A stretch of 64,000 nucleotides of DNA from the NCBI RefSeq assembly GCF_006345805.1, contig NC_043003.1, positions 27,404,001 through 27,468,000 of the forward strand. The letters run 5' to 3'. Source of the stretch: Octopus sinensis (Eukaryota). The translations under genes and the position numbers were made by a program. Within the stretch, counting starts at the first letter, position 1. Each line of letters opens with the position of its first letter. Below are positions 1-12,795 of the stretch, piece by piece. The notes below the pieces were generated by a model that made no database searches, was not told the DNA's origin, and saw only the letters and a program-made list of their open reading frames with translations.

Positions 1-94
<94 letters not shown>

Positions 95-104
95 ACACAC
101 ACAT
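1..104. repeat. Compound microsatellite (AT)n(ACAT)n(AC)n
   Basis: Directly visible at the window start. Confidence 0.95.
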
Positions 105-726
105 CTCTATATAGTGTCATCATCATTTAACATCTATGTTCCATGCTAGCAAAAGGTTGGATGGTGTGAGAGGATCTGGTGGGTCCAAGAACTGCATCAT
201 GCTCCAGTGTCTGCCTTAACATGGTTTGAATGGCTGGATTTTCTCTCTAATGCCAACTACATTATAGCATGTACTTTCTTTCATGCCACCAGCACTAGTG
301 AGGTTACTGTGCAGCTTGCATGATTATGAAACCAGAGGAGAGGGGGTTCTGTTTTGTACTGGGAGGAACAAAAGGTTCTTGTAGAGGAGCTATATGGCTA
401 CTTACATTTAGAAGAAAGGGTGAGAATAATGACGTGTTACTATAAAGAGATGATGAGCTGTCCAGGTGGACCCTCAAAGTATGAGATGTGAAGTGATTGG
501 AGACAGGAACTAGGAGTGTGGGTGGTTGAGGGAGAGCTAGAAATGGAGGAATTAGGCAACAGTTGTAAAGATAAATATGGTTGAAGGGTGGCAAAGAGTG
601 ACTAATGATACATGAATTAGAAGAGGTACAGGGTGGTGCACCACTGCTGTAGTTTTGTTGTCATTCACTCATTGCATATAGCTGATTAACATTCCTTTCA
701 TTTCGCTAATTAGAAAAAAATGTTTC

Positions 727-1171
727 TTAACCCTTTAGCATCCAGTTTACTCTGTTGTATTACTTATTCCTATTGTTTTGAATTAATCATGCATTATCTC
801 ATAGCTTTGAGATTTCGATATGATTATTTATGATTTGAATGGCATTGTTGGGTTGGTGTGAGAAGCCTGACCTGATCTGTTTGAATATAAAACAGGTAGA
901 ACATTTTGGGTTGGATATGCCAGTTTAAACACTAAAGCAAGGGTTCTTGATCATTTTTTTTTACATATAGACCCCTTTTATTCCTATTTTACTTTGGTGG
1001 ATCATCTTAGCCATTCAATGTTTAAAAAATCTCACTTTTATTATTAGGACTTGTATAAAAATTATTACTGGCACAATTTTTTCATGGTACCTAAAAAAAT
1101 GACCACTGACCCCTAATTTCCTATATTGCATCCATGGACCCTGGTTGAGAACCTTTGCACTAAATGTTTAA
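727..1171. mobile_element. TTAA-flanked piggyBac-like MITE (family A), interrupted by a hAT-like MITE
   Basis: Begins TTAA-CCCTTTAGCAT. Body matches the copies at 1440-1663 and 29090-29300. The right end is split by the insert at 938-1157. Confidence 0.7.
938..1157. mobile_element. hAT-like MITE
   Basis: Terminal inverted repeats CAAGGGTTCT / AGAACCTTTG, flanked by 8-bp near-duplication CACTAAAG (930-937) / CACTAAAT (1158-1165). An 8-bp TSD is typical of hAT. Confidence 0.65.
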
Positions 1172-1439
1172 TGTCAAGTGTCATGAAACAAAGTAAGATA
1201 TACAACAGGTGTGTGTTGTGTATTATGAGGAAGGCAGTATGAGATGTGACCTCTCCACTTATTGTAAGAAATTTTTTCTGTATATGCTAACAGGCTGTTA
1301 TATTTTGAATTACTTTCAATATTTTATTTGTTACAATTATTGTGCCTAGTGAACTGTTTATTCAGCTCCTTGGTTGACAGTACTTAGTCTCCTCTGCATA
1401 ATACAACCACTTCGGAGATAAGGCAATTTTTAGACACAT

Positions 1440-1663
1440 TTAACCCTTTGGCATTCAAATTACTTTGTCAAAAGGAATCTTTATTCACATTAAAAAAAAA
1501 TTAATCATGCATCATCTTGTAGCTTCAAGATTTTGAGGATGTGATTGTTTATTTTTAGATTAACATTGTAGGTTGGTATGAGAGGTTGAATTTGACCAGA
1601 TTCAAAATAAAACAGGTAGAACATTTAGGTTGGATATGGCTTGTTTAAATGCTAAAGGGTTAA
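1440..1663. mobile_element. piggyBac-like MITE (family A)
   Basis: TTAA-CCCTTTGGCATT ... AATGCTAAAGGG-TTAA. Related copies near 18590-18740, 22357-22555, 24820-25020, 29090-29300 and 42860-43342. Confidence 0.8.
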
Positions 1664-2577
1664 AATTAAAATGAAACTGCATCATATTTGCCAACAAGTC
1701 TGTGTGTATGCATACAAAAATTTATAAGTTTGTTTCCCAACCACATGGTTTTGGTTCCACTGTAAGGTACATAGCACAGATGTCTTCTACCACAGTCTTG
1801 TGAGTGGATTTGTTAAACAGAAAATGTAAGAAGCCCATCGTGGGTATGTATGTGTTTTTTGTGTATATATATATAATATAGATAGATATATCATGTGTAC
1901 ACTTTTCCATGCTTGCATTGGTTGTAAGCAGTTTCAGACAGATTTTCTCTGCCCAGATGCCTTTCCTACCACCAGTCCTGACATTTCCAATCTAGGTAAG
2001 ATTTTCCCTTGGGCAGACATGTTGCCAAATATTGAAAATGAATGACTGACGCTCATTTACAACTATCGTGATGTCGAGACAAGGAGGCACACACAAACTG
2101 GCTTCTTTCAGTTTCCGAAACTTCAGAGACAGTGTCAACAACATTCTTGTATAAGAATTATATATATATATATAAGGGTAAAAATTATTAAAATAATTCA
2201 TTACCAGTACAATAAAAGTCATAAGACGTAAAATATTTGCTTATAAGAGTGTATAAATACATGAAGAAAAGACCCTTGATAGGACTTCTTACATACTGGA
2301 AAGGGCAGTCACAACCCAACTGAATTCTTATTCATTCTAGGCCCACAAGCAGTGTGCCTTAAGAATTTTTTTCATGGTTCGGGTTGTGACTGCCCTTTGC
2401 AACATGTAAGAAGTCTTATCGATGGTCTATATGGTATTTATACTGCTATAAACACATATACATACACACAAAAAACATGCATACATACCCACGATGGGCT
2501 TCTTTCACTTTCTGTTTAAGAAATCCACTCACAAGGATGTGGTAGAAGACATACATACATACATACATGTATGTATG

Positions 2578-2609
<32 letters not shown>

Positions 2610-4661
2610 GTATGCCTGTATATATACACACACAAGGGTCAAAAACTTGTTTTTGTTGTATCTATAACAAGGTTTAACAAATAGAGTAGTGATATAAATA
2701 CCAATGTGAAATAAGTATGGGGGCTGACATGAACCAAACTCAGCTTTTGGATTGCTGAACACATGGGACTATTTTTATAGAAGACTGTCATACAGAATAT
2801 GCTGTGTGACATCATCATTGTTTAATGTCTGCCTTCATGCTGGCATGGGTGGGACTACAGTCTACTACAATTACCATAGTGTCAGAGATTATTTCTTTTT
2901 AATGGTTATCTTGAACTCACATTCAGTTCTTGGTTTAAGCGACTTACACAAATCAAATATTTACATATCCTTCTTGGTTATTTTCTATTAAGATGAGTCA
3001 GCCAAGTGAGTTTACTGCTGCTGTAGAATCAATAAAATGTTGTTTGATTGTAGTCAGTAATTTGTCAACACTTGGAAGAGTGGAATTATGCCATAGAGTA
3101 CTAATGTTACTATAAGGGTCCCATCTGTTCACGTTTGTGAGAAAGGATCTTTGGATGCTGGGCCTCACTGACTGGGAGATTTGTTGTACTTGAGAAGATG
3201 CATCAAGCTAAGTAAAATCACTGTCATCCATACATACAAGCTTGTCCTTTATGGGTACTGGTGTCACATAAAATGCACTTGTGCTGTGAAAACACACCCA
3301 TGCCAGTGACACATGAAAAACACCCAGGACACTGTAAAGTATTTGGCATTAGAAAGGGTATTCAGCTGTAGAAACCAAGCCACAACAAACATTGGAGTCT
3401 GGCCAGCTCCTGTCAAAGCATCCAACATGAGAAACACATTAAATGTTGATGATGATGAGGATACCTTCTTGCACTTAAAAATAAAGACTCTCTCCTGACT
3501 TTACTCCTTTTAATGGAAGGTACTCTGTACATATGTGGCTGTGTAATTAAGAAGTTTACTTCCCAACTACTTGGTTTCCGGTTCAGTTAAACTTTGCTTC
3601 ACCTTGAGTGTCTTTTACTACGGCCCAGTGCAATCAAAATTTTGTGAATGTATTTGGTAGATAGAAACTTAACGAAACCTGTGTGTGTGTGTTTGTATCT
3701 CCTTGTCTTGATGTCACATGATCATTTTAAGACAGGAAACTTCACTGATTTCTATGGCCAAATACGTTTTTACAAAAGATTGGATATGAATAATAGTGAG
3801 GTTTTCAATAATCAAAATTCATTACTTGGAAACAAGTGAGAGCTGGCAACAGAAAGGACATCTAGCTGTAGAAAATCAAGAAATTTTGTCTGGCCCATGC
3901 AAGCATGAAAAAGTGGATGCTTAAAGGAGGATGATGATGATGTGTGCATACATATTCACTTTAGCAACAAGTAGACATATTTGACTATGCCTCAGTAATA
4001 TGTATGTGTGCATGTCTCCAAAAATCAATGAGCTACAAGCAGTGACATTGTTGTCATTTCTATTAAGTCATCTGGTTTTTCAAAGAAATGTGGAATAAGA
4101 AATCCATTGCTCAAAAAAAAAAAAAAACAGAAACAAGTAAGGGTTAGTGATAGGAAGGACATCTGGCTGTAAAACAACCTCCTTCAATAATATATTTGTG
4201 CAGACCTTGTTAGCTTTGAGAAATAGGTGTAAAAATTAAATCATTTTGTTTACATTAACAAAATACTCATGAATATGCCAGTGCAGTCTAGTCATTTCAC
4301 TGTGTAAACAACACACTTTGGTAGGCCATACATTATATAATAGCATCCATGTCTCTATAAGGAAACTTCTATGTGGTTGCTTTACATTTATGATCTTTGG
4401 TAAACGTGATAGTTACTTTTTTCAGTCTTTGGTCTGTGGCCACAACTGGGGCATTGCCTTGAAATATTTTCATCAATCAAATTGATACCTGCTACTTTAT
4501 CAGTCTCTTTTGCCAAACTGCTAAGTTATAATGATCTTAGCAAACTAGCTGCTGTTGTCAAGTGGTGGTGGCACATGTATATATATATATATATATGATG
4601 GCCTTTCCTACAGTTTCTGTGGACCAGGTTGACTCACAATGCATTGGTTAGCCTGGAGCTA

Positions 4662-5831
4662 TTGAAGTCTGGTTGAAAAGTACTTGGGCTAACCAAAATG
4701 TTCTAATGGAATGTGACCAAATGAGGTTTATTTTTTAACATAACACCCCTTGTGATCCACACACTTCTTCATTGGTGTTGCAGTGCTTGGATTCCATTGA
4801 CAAAGAAGCTTTCATCCTGTTGGTAAAAAAAAGTCATCATCACTGTGATAATGGTTCTCAGCTAAATGTCTTTCTTTGATGGGGAATAGATGATAGTCAG
4901 ATGGGGTGAAATCAAGAGAATAGGGAAGGTGATCAACCACTTTAAGCTACCATTATGCACAGTAACCATTGAAATGAAGGACTTGAATATTGAAGCATTG
5001 TGCTCAGTTTTCCTGGGTGCTTGGTCTTACTAGCCTTTGATAGTTGCCTCAGCAAGTTGGCACAGTATTTTCCATTGATGGGGTGGCCCTTTTGAAATAG
5101 TCAATAAACACAATGCCTTTTGCATCCCAGTAAAAACTAAGACCATCATCTTCCCTGCAGATGAGACCACGTTGGATTTTGGAATAGGTGGGGTGGGGTG
5201 TTTCTACTACATGGATTGTCTCTGTCTCCAGCTCAAAGTGATGAAGCCAAGACTCATCCTGGGTTGGGAAATGTTCAAGGAAAACAGCTGGATCTGCCTG
5301 AAACAATGTCAGATCTTCTTGTGATGTGATCAGCTTGATGCACTTTAGATTATGTCAGAAAACATATCACCCACCAAGCAGAAATTTTTATCATGCTAAG
5401 AATTTTGTCAACTCAGTCATGAGATAAGCTAAAAGCATTGACTTTTGATTTATAGTCAATTGCCTGTCATCCATCATCGTGTTGTGAACATGATCAGTGT
5501 TTTTCTCAGTGGTGGCTGTTGCAGGATATCCACAAGATTCTCCATTTCCTTCCTAAATTCAGCTGCTCACTTTTGCACTGTTAAAGCTGGTGTGTCATCC
5601 CTTAATGTAATAAGCATATCAACATTAATGTCTTTAGGAGTTAAATCCTTTTTTCTGCTAGTATTTGATAACACCATGATGCCAAATTTTGTCAGTTTTC
5701 AAGAGAAGTCACTAGTTACTTTTGAAGTCTTCTTTGAACAGTGAGATATCAGCTTACCTGGAAAGAAACAACACAGTTATTAAGAAGAAAAATTGAAATT
5801 AATGCATGCAAAATTTTTCAGCCCACCCTTG
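4662..5831 (-). mobile_element. Decayed Tc1/mariner transposon (about 1.17 kb)
   Basis: Minus-strand peptide remnants QDESWLHHFELET and FYWDAKGIVFIDYF. The right end reads CAAGGGTGGGCTGAAAA on -, the left TIR is degenerate. TA at both flanks (4660-4661, 5832-5833). Frameshifted. Confidence 0.85.
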
Positions 5832-6851
5832 TAGAAGACACTTGCCCAAGGTGCTGAACAGTGGGTTGCTACCTGAAACCATGTGATTGCGTAGCGAGCT
5901 TAGTTGTCTAATTTCCTTAGGATAGATGTTACATAAAAAAAATTTCCATATTAATCTAAAGACAATACAACACCCTGTTGGAAAGCTTTTTGACTCCAGG
6001 TCAACTATAATCCTGCAAACCTGTGATCAAAAATATTCCAGCCATGGCTTTGCATGCATTAGAAGATTGCTCTTATTAATGTAGACATTCTTCTGTTGAA
6101 AGATATCAAGAAGTAACTATCCTCTTATGTCAGTATTTAATTCTTGCCTGAGATTGCCCCTGGTTTTATGTCACAGACTTTGTTTTAATGTGAGATAAAT
6201 TTTAACCTTCCATCAAAATTTTATGTTAATTTGTTTCAAATACCAGGTTAATAAGGTCATGACATGTTTCCATGGAAGATTAAATACAATTGTATAACAG
6301 TGACATTTGTTTACAAGTACACATTATCAAGCCAAAATTGCACAAACATGCACATGCTCACACACACATGGTTTTGGGCTTTGGGCAAGATGCAGAATTA
6401 AACTTGAAACACTATGGTTTCAATCAAGTTTTACTTCTGAATGTTAAAGGATTAAAAAATTTGCTTCCCTAACCACAGGTCCATTCTTGCTGTATGGCAC
6501 CCTACGCAAATGTCTTCCACTCTAGCTCTGGGCCATCTTGTTCCTCTACAGCAAGAAGCCCATTCTGATACAGCCTCTTCTCATACTTAACCCTGCCATC
6601 TCCCTTGAACTTTGTTGTCGTGCAAGTTGCATGGTAGCCTCACTAGCACTGGTGCTATAAAAAAGAATCCACTCACAAGGCTTTGGTCTATAAAAGATAC
6701 TTGCCCAAGATTCCTCACTGGGATTGAACCTGGAACCATGCGGTTGGAAAGCAAACTTTGTACCACACAATCATGTGTATACCAGGATAATGGTAGTCCT
6801 AGGTATATTTTTTTGTACCTGTGAGAGTTATTTTTCGTATTATGTATATAT

Positions 6852-8009
6852 TGTTACGGACCACCTGCCGTCGCCCGGTCGATCAGCGAATGTTTTCGCC
6901 ACGGAAACTCGGAGGGGAGGAGAGAGAGATACAACAACAACAGCAGCAGCAGCACAGAGGCAATCGAGAGAGACACAAAGAGGCAAGGCACATCTGGCTT
7001 ACATTTAACAACTAGTTTATATGACAATCAATTGTTACAACATCAAATACATATCAGGTACATTTAAAAGAGGACATGCAAGTAACAACTCAATACATCA
7101 TACAGGTATACCACAGATCAAAGCATTTAACAACATGCAGATACAATATAACCGTCCGGTAACAACACATCAAGTTCAATAACAACAGCATTTCAAAGGA
7201 CATTAAAGGCCCAACAGGTCAATGTTCATTATACAAATAATTCACGTTACAAATCAATGTTCAAATCCAATTAAACAAATAACGTTCACAGTTCTTTAAA
7301 GTCTTTTTCTACTTTCTTTTGTAACATGTATCAACACAATTCTGAACATAAATACCACAACTCGATAATCGACACATCAACAAGTCCTTTACTCAATTCA
7401 CATTGTTCATTAAATTCCTTTTTACTGTCTCATTTCTTTTCAACATGTCGATACATCGATTCCTTTTCCTTCTTTTTCTTCACATATCAATACACAATTC
7501 ACGTACCTTACATTAGCCAACGCCTCATATTGCACCTCATCTCTCTCAGTACTGCTAGCTCCAACTTGCCAAACTCTTGCCCCGAATTCCCAAATCCTCG
7601 ATCCTAAAATCCCAACTGCTCGCTTTGACGACCAAATCACGACTGTCCAAAAACCTCTTGCTCTATCACTCCCCTCAATCTGTCTTAGCACTGCTAATAT
7701 TCTCCCTATCTGCTCTCAGATTCCTTAATCTGCCTATCTTCAACGACGCTACTGCTGTCACTCTCTCATGACAGCTCTCAGATCCCTTACTCTGTGTTTC
7801 TCTCTACTTTCTTCTTCCTCTTCTTCACTGTCACTAGATTCTTCCTTACTCTATCTTCCTCGGCCCCTTCTTGACTGGCGAAAGGCCAAAGGTCCTTCCA
7901 AAAGCCATTAGTCTTCCGTAAACAAAGGGCTGTAACTTTTTATTCCAGACTTTCCATCTCGATGCCAGCAAAGTAGGTCACAATCAACTGTACCAGCTGA
8001 ACCACAACA
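6852..8009. mobile_element. Probable solo LTR (Gypsy-type), 1158 bp
   Basis: Starts TGTT and ends AACA, with ATAT on both flanks (6848-6851, 8010-8013). CpG-rich against the background. No long TIR and no recognisable protein. Confidence 0.6.
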
Positions 8010-9225
8010 ATATAATAGCAGACAAGGTAGAAACAAGTTAAATGTCTTTATACAGTAAACCATTTTTATTTATATATTCCAATGATGCCCTGAAATGAAA
8101 ACTACTTTGGTAGTTGTTTTCCTTTTGCTTTGTAGTTAGCCATAGAATAAAAGATCATTGTCTGCTTGATTAAAAAAAAAAAAGGAATGACTGTAGCTAG
8201 ATCAATCTTACATTTGATCGTAGGTTTGGTCAGTGACAGTCAACCTGGGATTAAACACTGTCAAATTCTACAATGTTTTGTATGTGATTAACCTTGTTGA
8301 CCTCATTCCTTTTCCTTTTTCTTGTTGATGGCAACTAGCACCACTGGCTGATGAAGTGGAAGGAAATTGGTTGAGCCCAAGTCCAGCACCCCTCTTTATA
8401 TATGTGTGTTTGTGTGTGTATACATATTGCATTTATAGTTAGATGTACAACTGCTGCCGCTAAGTTTAGAGTTCTACATAGGTTATCCTAATCTCGCTTG
8501 CTTCCATTGTAGTACTTAGGTTGCTACTATACTTAATAGTAAACTGGTTTGATATACAGAGAAAGCTAGCATAATGTAATGAAGTCTTCTCTGTAACATA
8601 ACTGCAATAGTGTTCCCCTAATGATTTGTTGTGGTTTAGCATCCAACTGAATTTGGAACATCTAATAATGTGGCTTCAAACAAAACATGATGGTGAAAAG
8701 TACATAGGGAGCTAATGATATATAATTTCTCATGTATTTGTAGACCATGCATTTCTGCTCCATCACTGGTGATAGAAGCAACACCCAAATGTTGAGCCAG
8801 CTCCTGGGTCAGCCTCAATTCAACAAGCTTATTTCATATCATTTTTAGGTAGTAGGGCAGAATTGAAAGAATATTTGACCTGTGGTTCTTGTAACTATGT
8901 ATATATTTCTTCATTGTTTTAAACCATTGCAGTTTGATACAGAATGAAGAGTGAAAATGAAGCCAATGAGGCTTAATATTTGGGTGAGGGGAGTAGCTCT
9001 AAGTGTATGCTCTGTTGCAGATAGACCTCTTCCACCAATGACCAGCATAAAGAAACTGGATATATATCGAAAACAGTTGTGGGATAGACATTGAGATTAT
9101 TGTTGGGGCAGGGATGAAGTCTTGGATTATATTATCTTGTTTGGTTGAGGAAGATTTGGGTGTAATTTCTACCAGCTCATGCAAACATAGAGACACTGCC
9201 TTGTCTCTTAGCACAGCAACCATTG

Positions 9226-10143
9226 AAACAAAGGACTTCTATGCTGGAGCATTGTCCTAATGAAATAAGCCCCTTTCATCAGTTTTCCTGGATGTTTGGT
9301 CTTCATAGCCTTTGGCAATTATCTCAGTAAGTTGGCATAGTATGCCATTGATGGTGTAGCTTTTTTGAAGATAGTCAATAAACACTGCCTTTTACATCCC
9401 TAAAAAATTTAGGCCATCATCTTCCCTGCAGTTGAAACAAATTTGGCCCTTTTTTTAGCAGGTGAGGAGGGGTGTTTTTACATCATGGATTGCTTCTTTG
9501 TCTCTGGCTCAAAGTGATGAAGTAAAATCTCATCATGGGTTCGGAAACATTTAAGGAAACCAGCTGGGTCTGCCTGAAACAATGTCAGATCTTCCTGTGA
9601 TGTGATCAGATGTCAGAAAACATGTCACATCACCCACCAGGCAGAAACCTTCGTAATGCCAAGTTTATTGTGCAGAATATTATCAACTCTCTCATGAGAT
9701 ATGCTAATAACATTAACTATTTGAGTTATAGTCAATTGCCTGTCGTCCATCACCATGTGGTGAACAAAAATATTTTTGACGTCCAGATCTTGAGTCATCT
9801 TCAAGACTCTTTGTTCCCTTCCTAAATTCAGCGGCTAAATTTTGTACTGTTGATAAGCTGGAGTGTTATCCCCTAATGTAGCAAGCATGAATGTCTTTGG
9901 AGACTAAACCCTTTTTCTGCTGCTACTTGATTGCACGAAGATGCCAAATTTTGTCCATTTTCAAGAGAATTCACTACTAGTTACTTTTGAAGTCTTTTTT
10001 TTTTTGAACAGTGAGATGTCAGTTTACTTGAAAATAAACAATGCCCTTATTAATAATAAGAGTTGAAATTAATGTATGTAAGATCGTACAGCTCTAGTCT
10101 CACTCCTTCATAGTCACCCTCTGAACTTTTCAACCCACCCTCA
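9226..10143 (-). mobile_element. Decayed mariner, truncated at one end
   Basis: Minus strand gives HHFEPETKKQSM, AGKMMA and YANLLR-like segments with stops. End TTTTCAACCCACCCTCAT matches the 4662-5831 element end. Confidence 0.8.
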
Positions 10144-10363
10144 TGTCTGTGTGTGTATTATCATCATCTTTTACTTATTTCATTCATTGGACTGTGGTAC
10201 CATCTTCAATTTTTTAAAGCCTGGTACTTATTCTGTATCTTGGCCAAACTGCTAAGTAAAGAGGACATCAACTAAGTACTACTGTTTGTCAAGTAGTGAT
10301 TAGTGACACACACACACACACGCGCGTGCGCACACAGGTGTGTGAGTATGTGTGTACAAGCAA

Positions 10364-10519
10364 CAAGCTTCTTTCAGTTTCCGTCTACCATATCCACTCA
10401 CAAGGTTCTGGTAAGCCCAAGGCTATAGCAGAAAACACCTATAGTGCCAGGCAGTGAGATTGGACTCAAAACCATGTGGTTGGGGAGCAAATTTTTATCA
10501 CATAGCCAAGCTTGCACCT
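10364..10519 (-). mobile_element. tRNA-head SINE (family 1), representative copy
   Basis: Shared core AACCACATGG...CAAGTGTCTTCTACTATAG...GTGAGTGGATTTGGTAGA recurs many times, e.g. near 1715, 19655, 26980, 47541, 53042 and 58645. Confidence 0.7.
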
Positions 10520-10920
10520 AAGTGTGTGTGTGCCTATTTTTACAGCCACCCATATTTGTAAATACATGTCTGTGCACATATTTATATTCTTGCCAAATCT
10601 ATAAGTAATATAAACAAATTACCTTGTCCTTATTGAATGAAAAATATCTTTTCACCATTCACTATTACTCACTCACACACTTCATCATTTAATGTCCACT
10701 TTCCATGTTGGCATGGCCTGGATGGCCTGACAGGAGCTTGCCTGCTTTGGCATGGTTTCTACAGCTGGATACCCTTCTTAACGCCACTCAGCTTAGAGAA
10801 GGTACTCAGTGGTTTTTTTTTATGTGGCGCACACATCTATTTACTTACATATGCAGCTTTATATTTTATGCCACTAAAGTTATCTCTACGGATTAGCAGA
10901 ACTGAAAGTTACGACGTTGA

Positions 10921-11220
10921 CTTCTCTAAATTCAGCTGCCCACTTTTGCAATGTTAATAAAGCTGGAGCATTATCCCCTAATGTAGCAACCATGTCAGCA
11001 TGAATGTCTTTGGGGGCTAAATTCTTTTTCTGCTGGTACTTGATAAAAGACCACAATGCCAAATTTTGTCAATTTCCAAGAGAAATCGCTATTAGTTAGT
11101 TTTGAAGTCGTCTCTCAACAGTGAGGTGTTAGTTTACCTGGAAGTAAATAATGCATTTTTTAATAAGAATCGAAATTAATGTGTGCAAGATTTCACATCT
11201 CTGGCATCTCTCCTTCGATG
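10921..11220 (-). mobile_element. Mariner 5' fragment
   Basis: Alignable by eye to 9820-10080 and 5550-5820. Confidence 0.7.
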
Positions 11221-12795
11221 GTTTTCGATGGAATATGTATCAAAATGTTTAAAGATACGCTTTAGAAACTCATTATGGAAGCTGTAAATTTTGAAAACCT
11301 CATATTCCTTTACTACTTTAATCAGTTCATATTGTAAAAAATGCATAGAGCAATATGATACAATATGTACAGGGGTTATCTATATTAGTCTTTTTATTAG
11401 TATAATAGTTTATTAGCTTTTTTTTTATTATTTATATATGTTGGGGCAGGCCTTTTCTGAGCTCTCGAACCATTGTTTGAAAGATCACGTTTTTTTTTTG
11501 GGGGGGGGGGGGTTACATCCTGAAGATTTTGTAATTGTGTTTATTTGTACATCCCTTGTCATAAAAGTTTTTCTTCTACCAGTCAATCAATGCAGCTTCT
11601 GTGCAGTTTGAAGAAACCATGCGGTAACGAGCTGATAGCCCGACCAGGGTTTGTCTAGCACCACGGTGTCCATTTTGCATGATTTCTATAACCTTTTGTT
11701 TTAAAACATTTTTATTCTCTCGCTTGCATCAGTCATTGGACAGCGACCATATTGATGCACCGCCTTGAAAGGTTGTTTTAGTGGTTCAAAGTCAGGTAAC
11801 TTATTCCCTCTTGGTTTGTTTTACCGAACCTCTACGTCACGAGAACGTAAACAAATTGCTTACATGCAGTGACAAACACGCAGACACGACGGGTTTCCGT
11901 TTACCAAATTCACTAGGAAGGCATTGGCCTGTCTGGGGCTATAGAAGATACTAGCCCAAGGTACTGCGCAGTGGGGTAGAATCCGAAATAAGTCACGTCC
12001 ATTTTCTTTCAACCAAATGAAATATTTTAAGACCTTTTGTTTAAAAAGCTTGAAAAGTAATCAGCTCTATATAACCATTAATTTTTAAATATTTTTTATA
12101 ACCTAGTTATTTTCGATGCAATTGAATGTGTAAAATAGTCTTGTTTTCTTAAACTAGCTTTATATGTCATCTCTGACCGAACAGAAGTGCGGTTACATTC
12201 CGAATAATTGGTTATCTAGACATACATTGTTCAGTATGTTCTTCACGTTTTAAGACTGCAATGTGTGATTTGTTGGTTATCACCCAGCAATTTTTAACCG
12301 GTCGAACAGCCATATAGAAGGGGTATTTCTTAACCCCTTAGCTTGCCCTTAAACGCCCATGCTTGTTTTCAGAGTTTAGTCTGTCCTTGTTTCATTACGA
12401 TCTGAATAATATTAAGCTTTCCTTTCGCAAATCCCAAGTTACTCTGGTGGTAGGGGGGTAGGGGTGACATGCCCATTTTTGATGCATGGGCATCAAGGAA
12501 ATATGTTCTGTCTATAAAACATGCTATACACAGAATAGGTAAAGGTTTTACTGATAGGTATCATTTCTCCTCTTCCTCGACGAAATGAAATTTGGTTTGG
12601 TGTTGGAATTGGGTTTCGTTATTCTTCAGTAAGATAATTTTCTTGTTTTCTTGACGGGTTTAGAATTAAACATTTTGGTTCAGTCTATCCAGAAATAAAC
12701 ATTTGAAAACTGTTTCAAATTGGCAAAGATTGTAAATAAAATACAGATGTTATACAAATTTCGATGTTGGAATCTGTTGAAATAAAGGTTTTCGT

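Noticed and set aside
8340-8830. Exon-like stretches upstream (APLADEVEGNW..., and ORF 8636-8818)
   Set aside because: No recognisable protein and no consistent splice-site pair.
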